The position numbers were made by a program, and so were the translations under genes. This document shows positions 1 through 11,785 of a DNA stretch of 64,000 bases, piece after piece (positions within the stretch are counted from its first letter, which is position 1; each line of letters begins with the position of its first letter). This stretch comes from Tubiluchus corallicola (Eukaryota; Animalia; Priapulida). The stretch spans positions 992,001-1,056,000 of the forward strand of contig JAQGDQ010000004.1 of NCBI GenBank assembly GCA_030141605.1, in the 5' to 3' direction. The notes beneath the pieces were generated by a model. The model saw only the letters and a list, made by a program, of their open reading frames with translations, had not been told where the DNA came from and did no database searches.

Positions 1-89
1 TTTGCTATTAGCTGAAGTTGAAACCTCTGAACACCGGGATACACAGGCGAGATAACCGCTGAGAAACGGAGAGAAACCAGCCCTATACG

Positions 90-1046
90 ATTTCAAGCTA
101 ACAAAGAAACAGTACTGATTAATGCATGTTTATACTTGTGTGTTTATACTTTAAAAGAAGTTATTGATTTTTATAGTAGAAAAAGGCACCTGATCAAACA
201 TGTTTTGTAGATGCCTCCAGGGCATTTCAAAGGTTGAATTATTTTAAGTTTTCCAAAATTTATGATCAAACTAATTTGCCTAAAATAATAATTCATCATA
301 ATAAACTGCAAAAAACTAAGCTAATCACTGTAAAGCCAAAAATTATGAAACATGCAATTTGAAAAAATCGTGTGTACTGAACTTCAATTAAATCTGGTAG
401 TCAACGAGAAACACCTAAGACACATTTACACAGATTTTGGTATTCATGAAGAAGACATTAAATTGCAAAAATGTTTGTTAGCTGCAAGAGCAAATTATGA
501 TTTTTCAAAACTTTGGAGAATGCTCCAGAGAAATTAACATTTTGATTTTTAAAACCTATTGCACTTCTATTTATGGAATATCTATATTGAGAAAGTTATT
601 TCTCAAAAATTACAGGAATATTAAAAACACATATAATAAATATATTAGAAAATTATCCTTGCAGCGCTAGACAAAATGTGTTTAGATTACGAAATCCCTT
701 ACTTTGATGTCATTTTTGGACTACCCAGATTGCTCTCTATTTGTTAGGCTACAAAATTCACAAATATTTTGAACTCAGACAAGTCTCTTTTCAGTCTGAA
801 ATATTTATACGAATTCCACATGAATAATATACTGGACATCCGTTTACCTATAAATAACCGAGAACAGAATATACAGGGTTGAATGATACATGTATACTGA
901 ATGAATTGTTTTATAATTCAATATTTTTATTATTTTGTAATGATTGCAGTTTTAGATGTTCTTAGTAATTATCATTGTAAATGTACCATGTATGTATTTT
1001 TGTGTAACTTATGGCCTAGCTGTTGAAATAACGAATCTAATCTAAA
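90..1046 (+). mobile_element. Decayed non-LTR retrotransposon (LINE): RT remnant plus probable 3' UTR and tail
   Basis: Translations CVYTLKEVIDFY and CFVDASRAFQRLNYFK (DASKAFDRVN-like), HLRHIYTD..EEDIK and FKTYCTSIYG, broken by stops and frameshifts. Ends in ...TGAAATAACGAATCTAATCTAA. Confidence 0.75.
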
Positions 1047-1869
1047 CTAGTATACTTAAAAGTCACAATTCACAAAATGTCGATTAATCGCCTGCACTTC
1101 ATGGCTTCGTTAAACAAATTATAAAATTAGTTATAATTTATGAGCGCGAGTGTAATATTAAACAATAACACATGTCTCGATGAATTATGCAGATTCCGAC
1201 TCCATGTTTATCTGTTTACTAAGGTTACCGTTTGTGTTTACATGTAATACCGGGGCCACACATTCCGCAGACATATGTTCCCATGCAGATTGGCTTCTTA
1301 CATTTAGTAGGCATGGGTAAGCGCTGATTACTGTTTCCCTTACGGTAACAATTCAAACGTGTTACACATTTGAAAAAATGTTTCCCAAATTACATAGGGT
1401 CATGTTTGTAAACTCTCATAAGCAATTGAATATTACACCAAGAAATTTGTTACAAAAATTTCGCTAACCAGTCAGCCCCACACTGCAGTAACAGTTACCT
1501 AGCCCAGCGAATCTTTTTGGAATTACAGAAACTATGCTTAGAAGCCTGCACCAGATCATGGCGACTGAAGAATGTACCATTGGGTATGGCGAAGAGAACA
1601 GATGGTTTGTTTAAATGTGGCTAAAGTGGATTATTGTTGATATGTGTACGCCGGCTGTTCTCTAGTTCCATAAATGTCAAGATTCTCTTCAGCGCACATC
1701 TTTCCTTAAAGTACAGATCGATGCATCTGGTAGCCCTGTTGGGGCATTGTACTTGCACTACTAAATTACAGTTACGTTTCTTTAAGCATGCCGGTAAAAA
1801 TGAGGTAAATTATGCACGACAATCAGCTCCACTTGCTTTACAGAGGAAACAAATGAACGCAACAAATGA

Positions 1870-2282
1870 TTGAGCACAAGACAGGAACAAAGAGCACAGG
1901 TTAGGGCAAGACCGGACAGGACAGGATAGAACAGGACAGGACTGGGCGGCGCGGAACAGGACAGGACAAATAGAACTAAACAAGACAAAGCATGGTGAGG
2001 CAGAACAGGATGACGGACCAGAGTACATGCAGAGCAAAGTGGGAGAGAAGAGAACAGAAATGCAAAACAGAATGAAACAAAGATAATAAATGAAGCATTT
2101 ACGTGACAGTAGATACAACTATTGGCAAAACACAGTGTAATTTCTCTTTTAAATACGAGATATGCGCAAAAAACAAACTAACTATAACAAACAAATAACT
2201 ACGTAAACAAACAAATAAATAAACAAACAAACAAACATACACACAAACAAACATATAAACCAGCAAACAAACAAATAAATAA
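1870..2282. repeat. Degenerate (ACAGG/ACAGA) pentamer array followed by an (AAAC)n array
   Basis: Visible periodicity; explains ORFs 1782-1988, 1810-2118 and 2099-2341. Confidence 0.85.
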
Positions 2283-3449
2283 GCTAAAGTTATTTCCAGA
2301 GTCAAATCTACTCTGATCGAGGTAGGTGGGGTGCACTGCACGACTCTCTCTGCTCACCTACCTACATCCGTTGCCTCCTAGTGTGCCTGGAATTAATTAT
2401 ACAAATTCAGGTTGATTTCTGAGGCATGTCAGACTCCTGATATGGGCCACGTAGCGCAGCCGGTGCACATCTGCTAATTATATTAACTAGACGGCATGCG
2501 AAAAATTCAAACGCTTCCCACATGGCATGATGTATAGACTGAAGCCGCACCGCTCGGCGCCAACGCTGTTTTGCTTTACACCAGCAAACCATATGACTAT
2601 GAACATTGATGTTTACCAGAGACTGTGGTTTGATACTTGCCGGGGCCTGTTGTTGTAAGAAAAAACAAATTCTGGCAGCTGTCTTTGACACGGAGACTGG
2701 CTTCTAGCAAGATATTTCTGTAGAAGCTAAATAAAAGCTTGTGCAACCCGACAGATACATTTCTAAAATTCTGTCAACCATGTTCATGAACACAAAACTG
2801 TACAAGGCAACATTTGCAATTAATGCAAATTAACCAGTAACGATCTATTAACTGGAACAAGGTCTTCAAGTACTCTGCTACAGAAGGAGTTGTTAAAATT
2901 AATAGGTACTAGACAAGACTTTAAGATAATGTGATTTTGAATGAGCGACTCTTCAACTGGGACAAGCTCTCGTGAAACACCATGGGGACAATAGATAGAG
3001 CAAATCAGAAAATAAAAAAATGACTCGGTAGCTACTGAGTGAATACTCAAACAATGTTTTACATGTGAACACGTTCTTTAAGGATATGGCGTGATTAAAA
3101 ATGACGAAGTGGAATAAAAGCAGTGAAATCGTCAATTTTTGGGGTTAGTGATAGCTGAGTTGTCAGAGTGTGTGCTTAACGACTGAAATAAAGCAACACC
3201 GCGCATGATCACTAAATTGATGGAAAACTGTACCTGGGCGATTTCATCTGTTACACTATTTCCAGTTATTTACTTCGTTAAGGAAGGTATCCGAAGGTGA
3301 CCGAGATAGCTAGACATTTTTATCAATTCGGTGTGTCATTTTAGAGGATTATCGTTAATAATTAGTTAAACCCCGGCTCCACCTTGTACAGTCATTTATG
3401 TATTGCGTTATCAGCTGAGTGTTGTATAACGGCTTGCAGCCCACCATCA

Positions 3450-3780
3450 GATGTCGGCTGTTCGTTTTGACAATTTTTTGAAACAGCTCGGTTCCCAGAG
3501 AGTAGGGTTTCACGGCCATATGGTTGGACAATGTCTACAACCCTACATCTGCATCATCTGTTCTTTTGGAACACGTGCTTCAGTTCCCAAGACCTCGTCA
3601 GGTGACCAGAGTTTTGCAGTAACATGTTTTAATCCCTTGTCAAGACCTGGGAAATAATAATACCCACCACATCTATCTGGGAATGTTTTCATAAGAAAAG
3701 CTCTCTGATGTGGTAGGCCAGCCCAAGCCCAGATGCCAACCCTTTATTCCTGAAGTGACTCCATTTCAGAACTTTCCCAT
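3450..3780 (-). mobile_element. Possible highly decayed RTE-like LINE remnant
   Basis: Minus-strand peptides WAG.. and YGRETL resemble the RTE motifs WAGH and YGxETW, but their order is scrambled. Confidence 0.25.
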
Positions 3781-3994
3781 AAAAAGCAAGCCAAGCGATT
3801 CACAAAAAATGATGATCAACAAAACGCGTCTAAAATGGTAACGATTTGAGCATATAATTCGCAATCACATTCTTGGTCATGTGTCTTGCATGAGTTATAC
3901 GTACGTAAACTTGATTATTTAGATTTCGATGGCACCTGTCAGAGGCTGACTTACAAGTGGGTGTCCAATTCGTAAAAAGGATTAAAAGGTTGAT

Positions 3995-4225
3995 AGAAAG
4001 AAAGACATCGATAACTGGTTTACGAAAGAAAGGACTAAGGAAGGAATGGAGAAAGGAAAGAAAGGAAGAAAAAAGAAAAAAAAAAGAAAAGAGACAAGGA
4101 AAGTCAGAAAATGGTTGTCAGTAATAAAAGAAAGGAAAAAGCAACTAAGGAAAGAAACAATGACGTGAAGAAAGGAAAGTAAGAAGAACAGCAAAACAGA
4201 CGAACACATGCAAAGAGAAGGAAAG
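3995..4225. repeat. Purine-rich degenerate (GAAA/GGAA)n tract
   Basis: Visible low-complexity sequence. Confidence 0.8.
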
Positions 4226-7200
4226 TTTATTAGGCCTAGTAAATCCCTACATCATTCTATTACATTCTGTGGTGCTTTTATCCATAAACTACTTCGAATT
4301 AAGCCAGGGTCTAGAAAATTTACAAGCATTCTCCTGTTAACTTCTGTAACTTATCATCTGTATAAAAATCTCCGTAACTGCTTAACTGTAACTTACATAA
4401 AATTATAGAAAATTCTAGGTTGATGGCGAAGTGTTCTTATGTTGCCCACCACATGTCGTTTGTTTTTCCCTGAATCGTGCAACTGTGCCCATAAATAAGT
4501 AGGCAAGACATTTAGCTCGCTGTAAGTATGATGGTTCGCGACAGCTGTAGGGGTATCGCTTGTGTGTAATATTAACGGGCTTTTTCTCGGCTCGGGGAGG
4601 TTTACATTCCAGACATTATCTAGCAGAAACCAGGAAGCAGTGAGAGCACGCATGTGGGCAACAGATGCAAGGTGCCGTCACACCACTAGCAAAAGCACGA
4701 CGAGGAGAAAACTCCGCGGTGACGTCATTTGCTAGGGCTTCTCAGTAAACTTTCAAATCAACATGACAATTTATCGGCTGTGAATAGTCGCAAAATAAGA
4801 AGTGATAATAATGTAAATAATTTATCAACTTTATGACAAACACAGAGTTAAATTTTATGGCTAGTTATAAGAAGGTAACACGTCTATGAAACAAATTACA
4901 TGTATAATGCAGCAAATATACATGTCATTTCTTTCAATTGTTTTATTATTTTAAACTACTATCTACATTTTCGTCGCATGACTGTTATTATAATTCATAC
5001 AGGAACACAAAAATGAAATCCATTCACAGTCGCATTCACATCAACCGAGCAGACAATAATAATATTAATAAAAAAACTATAACTTACGAACAAGATTTTG
5101 TAAACAGATCATAGACGTGTTGCCTCCACTGGCACTTCTTGCAACGTTGAACCAGTACATACAAAACTTTTAATAAGTCTCTGTCATTAATTACTAATCA
5201 GTGTATCTCGTGCACTTTACATGGGCACAATTCTTCGACTGTGGCCTTCAAATGTTCTCCAAAGTTAATATACGGTTTATTCCACTCTCTTCATATGTTA
5301 GAAACGTATGTTCAAAGAGTCACGCTTGCAATGTCTCTGCACATAGTATTCAACACTCGCGCTTTGATAACAAGCTTACAACTGACGGAGCACACAAGCA
5401 GCCTGCATTCTTCAACCTCTAACATCTGCTGGTCCGGACTTGCATATTTTCTGTAGGGGTGCGCAATACCAAGGTGCAGATAAGAACACGAGTGTTTCCC
5501 AATTCGGAACTAGATCATATATAAGGATAGTTTTTTGAATTTTGATTTCAAAGTTACGAATTACTTGATTTTTGTGGAACTATATAGATGGAATCCGCAT
5601 ATGGAACGTTTTGATTTGAAAATACAGAAATAGTTTTAGCTAAAAAGCGTGTTAATATAACTCTGATCTAACGTCACTAAATGTTTTTAATACTGTGCCG
5701 CCAAAAATAATTTTTTAGTAGTTAAAATTTGTTAGTGTCACTACTACTGGTGGCTGCTGGCGGCTGCTGCCGTTGATTTAATTATCACACAATGAATTAT
5801 AAGATTAACTGCTTTAGAAGGCACTTTAGCCTGGTTAAGTGCATTAGATAAGCCACAAAAAGAGATTTCATACTTGGTATTACGCGATACTTACGTAGCA
5901 CTTCTCTCCTCCGTTTAATAACCTTGGAATTATTAGTATTTAACTGCAATAAGAAAATTTTGCCCGTTTACTGGAGCAGTACATCTTTTTTACCGCTGTG
6001 CACCGTATACAGATGAGTAATTACTCACTGCCCTACTTTTATCTCACTTATTACCTATCTGCATTTGTATTCACGAAAATGTCTACTGCCTTCGCATTGT
6101 GAGTTTTCCCGCCAGTTAACGCTTTACGTTTCTAATTATTTTTAGGAAATAGTTACACGACCTAAACAAACGTTATAATGTTAAAGGCCTATGCAAACTG
6201 TTTATTGGTTCAAAACGTAAGTTATTTTAGTAAGCCCATATAACCAAGCATAAAAATATTTAGATCACATTGAAGATTTTTCTATTCGCTAATTATTCTG
6301 GCCTAGTGATAAACGAATTTAAAGGCGGAAAATACATTTTGGCAGAAAAGGACTAGATTAGTTACTAAACAGATTAGGACATCTCATTCCTGAAGGGACT
6401 TCATAAGAATTCCATAAGGATCTAACGTGGTAGTATTTCGGAGAAAATGCAGCGTGGAACAGTATTAGCTAAAACCTTATGCTGTTGAAAATTTCAAAAG
6501 ACTATCAAAAATTCAGAAAATAAAAAGAAGCACATTATGGCTGTTCGCCTGCTAAACGTCTATATAAATTTAGTGACGTCGTTCGATCAAACAAGACCGT
6601 AGCTAGGAACGCGGAAAACTGTAGGGTATTATCAACTGGTAAATTGTCACGTATTTATGCGCGCCCATTACAGCCTAAAGAGCGTGCCTCTGGAAAGTGT
6701 TATCTCACATTTGTAAATTTTATATTCTTAGGCCTGGCGTTTCCCAAGAAATTAAATGCACTCACGCAAGCGTGATCGATACCACGGAAACAGATCGTGC
6801 AGCTCACTCTCCTCACAGATTCCGACCACCTGGACCCCATCAAGAGAATACTTACCCAGTTTTTTGGATCCAAAAATGTAAAACATTCCGTATCGATCAA
6901 CAGCAAATGTTCTGTTTGTGATTATCTTGCGCAGAAAAACAGGCAGACGTGGTGCTAAAGCCGCCAATAATAGTCCAAATTTTTGATTATGTTTTTACGT
7001 ATGAAAGAAACTTTACACAATGTAGATAAAATTACGTTCAACTTGGTACTTTTTATGAACTTATGCAGACCAACACAATGTGTAAGCGAATGGCGTACCT
7101 TTGGTTATTATCATTTATTCCAACATTTTTGTTTCTGGATTTACAAGTTTTTCTAGGTTATCCTGGCGTTTGAGTGACGTATTCAGCTGTGTGCTAAAAA

Positions 7201-9094
7201 CGACACTTTTTTCTGATTCCTATAGACTGAAATATGTAAAACTGTTGACATTAGAATTTCTTGATGATTGGAAACAGACCCTAGTGATACAGGCTTCAAC
7301 GTTCTTTTTCTAGCAGACTCACTGAAGTTAATGGGGTAGGGTCTATGCACTTTCTGTAACTTGTAATAGTTTCACTCTATAGTCAGTTTCTTTAGACATG
7401 CGGTGAATTTTTTACATTAGTGGTTAAGGGCTTACTGTCGAGTTAGTAAGTTGGAAGCTTGTTAGACTAACAGTGAAATAGAAATCCTATAGTAATTAAA
7501 TAATCATAAAAGTAATCTAAAAATCGGAAGACAAATCACCGAATATTAGCACTAATGAAGTGCGCTGATCTCTCACAAAATCTTCCCTAACTGACCCCTT
7601 ACCCCTCTTTCGTGGTGCTAATTTATTTCAAACCGTTTTTTAGTTTCTGCGCATGCGCCTACATATGTTTTCCATATCTTATTCATGTACGCAAAGTATG
7701 ACGATGATGTGGCAAACAGACTTTGATCAAACTAAATGAGACTGAGGCACATTCTTGACTGCACTGGTATTGCTAAAATAACTCAAGAACTATGCTTGCC
7801 GAAATGTGTTGTACATGCGTTCCTTTGGTAATGTGGGTGGTTTCCTTTTGTGGAAAGAAACTGACTTATTCTACATTAGACCTATATTACGTAACGCTAA
7901 AGTTTCGGAATGCAATAGCATAATTAGCACTGATGTTGTTAATGTTATCACCAGATTCACCGCCAGCATTTAATCATATACCACATATTGCTTTCAGGGC
8001 TATCACCTTTAAAATCATCCTCATCACCGTCGTCGTGATCGTCATTGTCGTTATCGTGATCATCATGAGCCCAGATGACGATACCATTTCAGAAAACCAT
8101 TTTTAACTTTTTATTTCTACCAACATTGCAGTTTGGGTTTACGTCAGGTAAAAGAATTTTGATTTTGAAAACAAGCCAAGCAAGAGGTCAAACACCTGTG
8201 AGAATGTGCACATGATACCTTGCTCTATAGTATCACCCTGTGCCATGCTCTCATTACAGGTATATCCCAAGTGATAAAATAAATGCACGATTTGTTGTAT
8301 CTAAATAAACAGTTAGTACTCACTAAGGTGCGATAAAAGTTAGCGCCCACACAAGGAACAGACGTAGACATTCTCACAAACATTCTCTACCGTGATTTTA
8401 ATGTTGTAGCACTCCACATTCTATCACTCTTCTGTGAGCATTGTGTATAGGATTCTTGCTAGGATGGAAAACGGCTAGATTTATTCATGATTGATTTCAC
8501 TTGGGCTGAGGGCCTAACTCAGCCTATAACCATTCACCTGTAGCCTTGTAGATTGTCCGAAGCGTACGGCTTCGCCATAGTTAACCGAACAAGTCTGTCT
8601 GATGTCTGATGGCTAGATTTTGCTTGTGATATGTAGATTGTCCTACGCTGGGCTTGTAAGGTTGTAGGGGAGGAACTGAAGCTGCTTGCAGAGTTGCCTA
8701 AGATCTGGCGAATTTTAACAATTGATAAGTTTGCCTGAAGTGAGAGTTCTCCTAATACGTGTATGGTCTTTCAATAAATTGTGAGTGTCGATTTATCCTT
8801 CTCCACCGCCATCATTATTATAACCACATAGGAGAAAGTTAATTTTTTGGAGCAAGAAGTAGATGTTTTCGTAAAGTGGTGTCACTTGGTTCACCTGGTT
8901 CCAGATGGCTAGGTGAGTTAGAGTGTCAGTGGTCTAACTATCATGTTCCAATGCTCACAAGCATTCTAGAAATACTGATGTTTTCTTATAATGTTGTTGT
9001 GTTTTGTTGGATATCTGTTAAATACCTAAATTACCCATAGCAACGACGTAAATGCTAATTTATTACTTAATCATACCAATTATAACTTTTGTTA

Positions 9095-9618
9095 AGTGGT
9101 ACTTGGGCAATGGACAGTTGGGCACTAGGTGCAATTTAGCTGTGGACATTGGGCAGTGGGTACTTCGGCAGTGAACATTTGGGCAGTGAATACTTGAGCA
9201 GTGATACTGGGGAAGTGGACGCTTGGGCCAGTGGATGTTTGGGCAGTAGGACAATTATGCAGTGAACAGTGGGTGCTGTACACTTACGCAGTGGTTGCTG
9301 GACTATGGACATTGTAAGCAGCATATGTTCCAAAGTATTTTTACACGGATACTTTTACACCCAATTACTACTTCTTTGCCTATTTACTTAACTACATTCC
9401 TGCTTACCTACCTACCTACTTACCTACCCAATACCTACCTGATTGGCTAACCGACCCACTGACCGACCGACCGACCAACTGACCGACCGACTGACAGACA
9501 GACAGACAGACTGACCGACTAAGTGACTGACAAACTAACTAACTAGCTAACTAACTAACTTACGTAATTACTTACTTGCTTACTTACGTACATACTAAGT
9601 TACTTGCCTGCTTACTTA

Positions 9619-9702
<84 letters not shown>

Positions 9703-10585
9703 ATACTGATTGACTGACTGACTGACTGACTGACTGACTGACTGACTGACTGACTGACTGACTGACTGACTGACTGACTGACTGACTGACTGACGACTGA
9801 CTGACTGGCTGACTGGCTGACTGGCTGACTGACTTGACTGACTTGACTGACTGACTAACGTGCTAACTTATTTACAATAGAATAGAACAAAATACAATAG
9901 AAATAAATGGAGTAGAACAAAACGAATCACAATAGAACAGAGTAGTACAGAACAGAACAGCACAGAATAGAACGACGTGGAACATAACATAATGTAATGG
10001 CATGGAAGATAACAGAACAGTGTGTTCATATCAACCTCCTAGCCTTGTGTCAACATGTAATACGTCAAAACAGGTTGGGAGGCATATACAAAAGGTAATT
10101 AGGTAGGTAGATATGTAGGTAGGTAGGAAGGAAGGTAGGTAGGTAGGTAGGTAGGTAGGTAGGTAGGTAGGTAGGTAGGTAGGTAGGTAGGTAGGGAGGG
10201 AGGGAAGGAGGGAGGAAGGTAGGTAGGTAGGTAGGTCGGTAGGTAGGTAGGTAGGTAGGTAGGTAGGTAGGTAGGTAGGTAGGTAGGTAAGTAGATATGC
10301 ATGTGGGTGGGTGAGTAAGTAGATAAGTAGGAAGGTAGGTGAGTAGGTAGATTAACTAGATAGGTAGGTAGGTGGGTAGACAAGCAGGTAAGTAGGTAAG
10401 TATAAGCGGATAGAAGCTTATGTGTAAATTTCCTGTAGCACTTATAATGCTTAAGCTATTCACTGCCCAAGTGAACACTTTCCAAATGTCCACTGCCCAA
10501 AAGTCCATTGCCCAAAAGTCCATTGCCCAAATGTCCACTGCCCAAGTGTCCACTGCCCAAGTATCCAGTTGCCCAGTTGCCCTAG
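9095..10585. repeat. Two inverted arrays of a ~15-bp unit (TTGGGCAGTGGACAT) enclosing compound tetramer and pentamer microsatellites
   Basis: Unit on + at 9100-9300 and reverse-complemented (ATGTCCACTGCCCAA) at 10460-10580. Interior has (CCTA), (GACC), (GACT), (TACT), (AATAG/AACAG) and (TAGG) tracts. Confidence 0.85.
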
Positions 10586-10704
10586 TAAAGGTTACGTAAG
10601 ATGTGCAGAATCAAAAGGTACTATATGAGTTTTGCAAGGTATCCCTCCATTGACTACTATCCAGAAACGTTTGCGATAGTTAGCAGGTTGTGTTCAAGCG
10701 GATC

Positions 10705-10930
10705 AGCAGAAAAGTTTGTAATGGGAAGGTATGCCCATATAGTTGCATAGCTAATGAGCTTAGAGTCAACATGAACCTGAGTGCGAAAAGCGTGGAAAGT
10801 ACAGGACTCGGGAATAGGAAAGTTCGTAGCGGGCAAATGCCTATTTCGTTATGAAATACTGTCGAATGTGAACACGGGAAAAGTACGAGAATAAGGAAAC
10901 GGGAAAGTTTGTAATGGGCAGGTACCCACA
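10705..10930 (+). repeat. Three diverged copies of GAAAGTTTGTAATGGGCAGGTA-like motif spaced ~85-110 bp apart
   Basis: Copies near 10709, 10818 and 10903. Confidence 0.5.
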
Positions 10931-11624
10931 CGAATACATAGGCGAACAACTAGAGAACAATATGCATCTTAACTGAAGTGTTAGAAGCTGCCCTTCAGTA
11001 AGAGTAAGTATGTTTGAAGTTTGAAACCATTTTGAATCTTGAATATCAATTCAGTTCTATTACTGTTTTTAGGTTCAAAATTGAATATCAAACGTCCAAT
11101 ATCAAGCCAACTTCAGACAGTTTTTAACTCTTGTTAAGACAGCCAATACGAATTATTGCGATAATTTTGTTAAGGCATAATTATAAGACTTATGTGAAGA
11201 GAAATTAAATCCTTTTCGGCAGGTATGAAATTTTCAGTAATAGGCCTGTTACCCTAAGCGGGCAGTTCTCCAAACACGAGGGGGCATGTAAGGGTATTTT
11301 ACTAATCTAATGTATTCGCATGTTTATTACCACATTAAGTGTAAGTATATGAATCATTGCCTGCAAACTGAGCTGGTGAATAGATATGAATGCTTTGCAA
11401 AACATTTGGAAGGTGAACACATGACGGTACTACCTGGTGTTTGATTACAGGTGTATTAAGCACTAAAACTTCCCATCACAACTGACTGAGATGCATGTTT
11501 GTTTGTAAAAGGCAATAACACTGATAATAACGTATATCAGTAACACCGGCGACGACGAAACAACAACTTTAATTAACAGGCATTATCTTTGCAACAACAT
11601 GTAATACTAAGACGCCACTTTATC

Positions 11625-11625
11625 A

Positions 11626-11665
<40 letters not shown>

Positions 11666-11785
11666 CGACGACGACGACGACGACGACGACAACGCTGATG
11701 GTGATGGTGATGGTAATGGCGATAATGACGGTAGTGATAATGATGATTGTGACAATGATGATGACGACGATAATTGTGGTGATAG
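11625..11785. repeat. (GAT)n(GAC)n trinucleotide microsatellite
   Basis: Directly visible; source of the poly-D and poly-S ORFs. Confidence 0.95.

Noticed and set aside
9100-9300. Short regularly spaced repeats as a CRISPR-like array
   Set aside because: Contiguous 15-bp tandem units without unique spacers, in a eukaryotic context with no cas genes.
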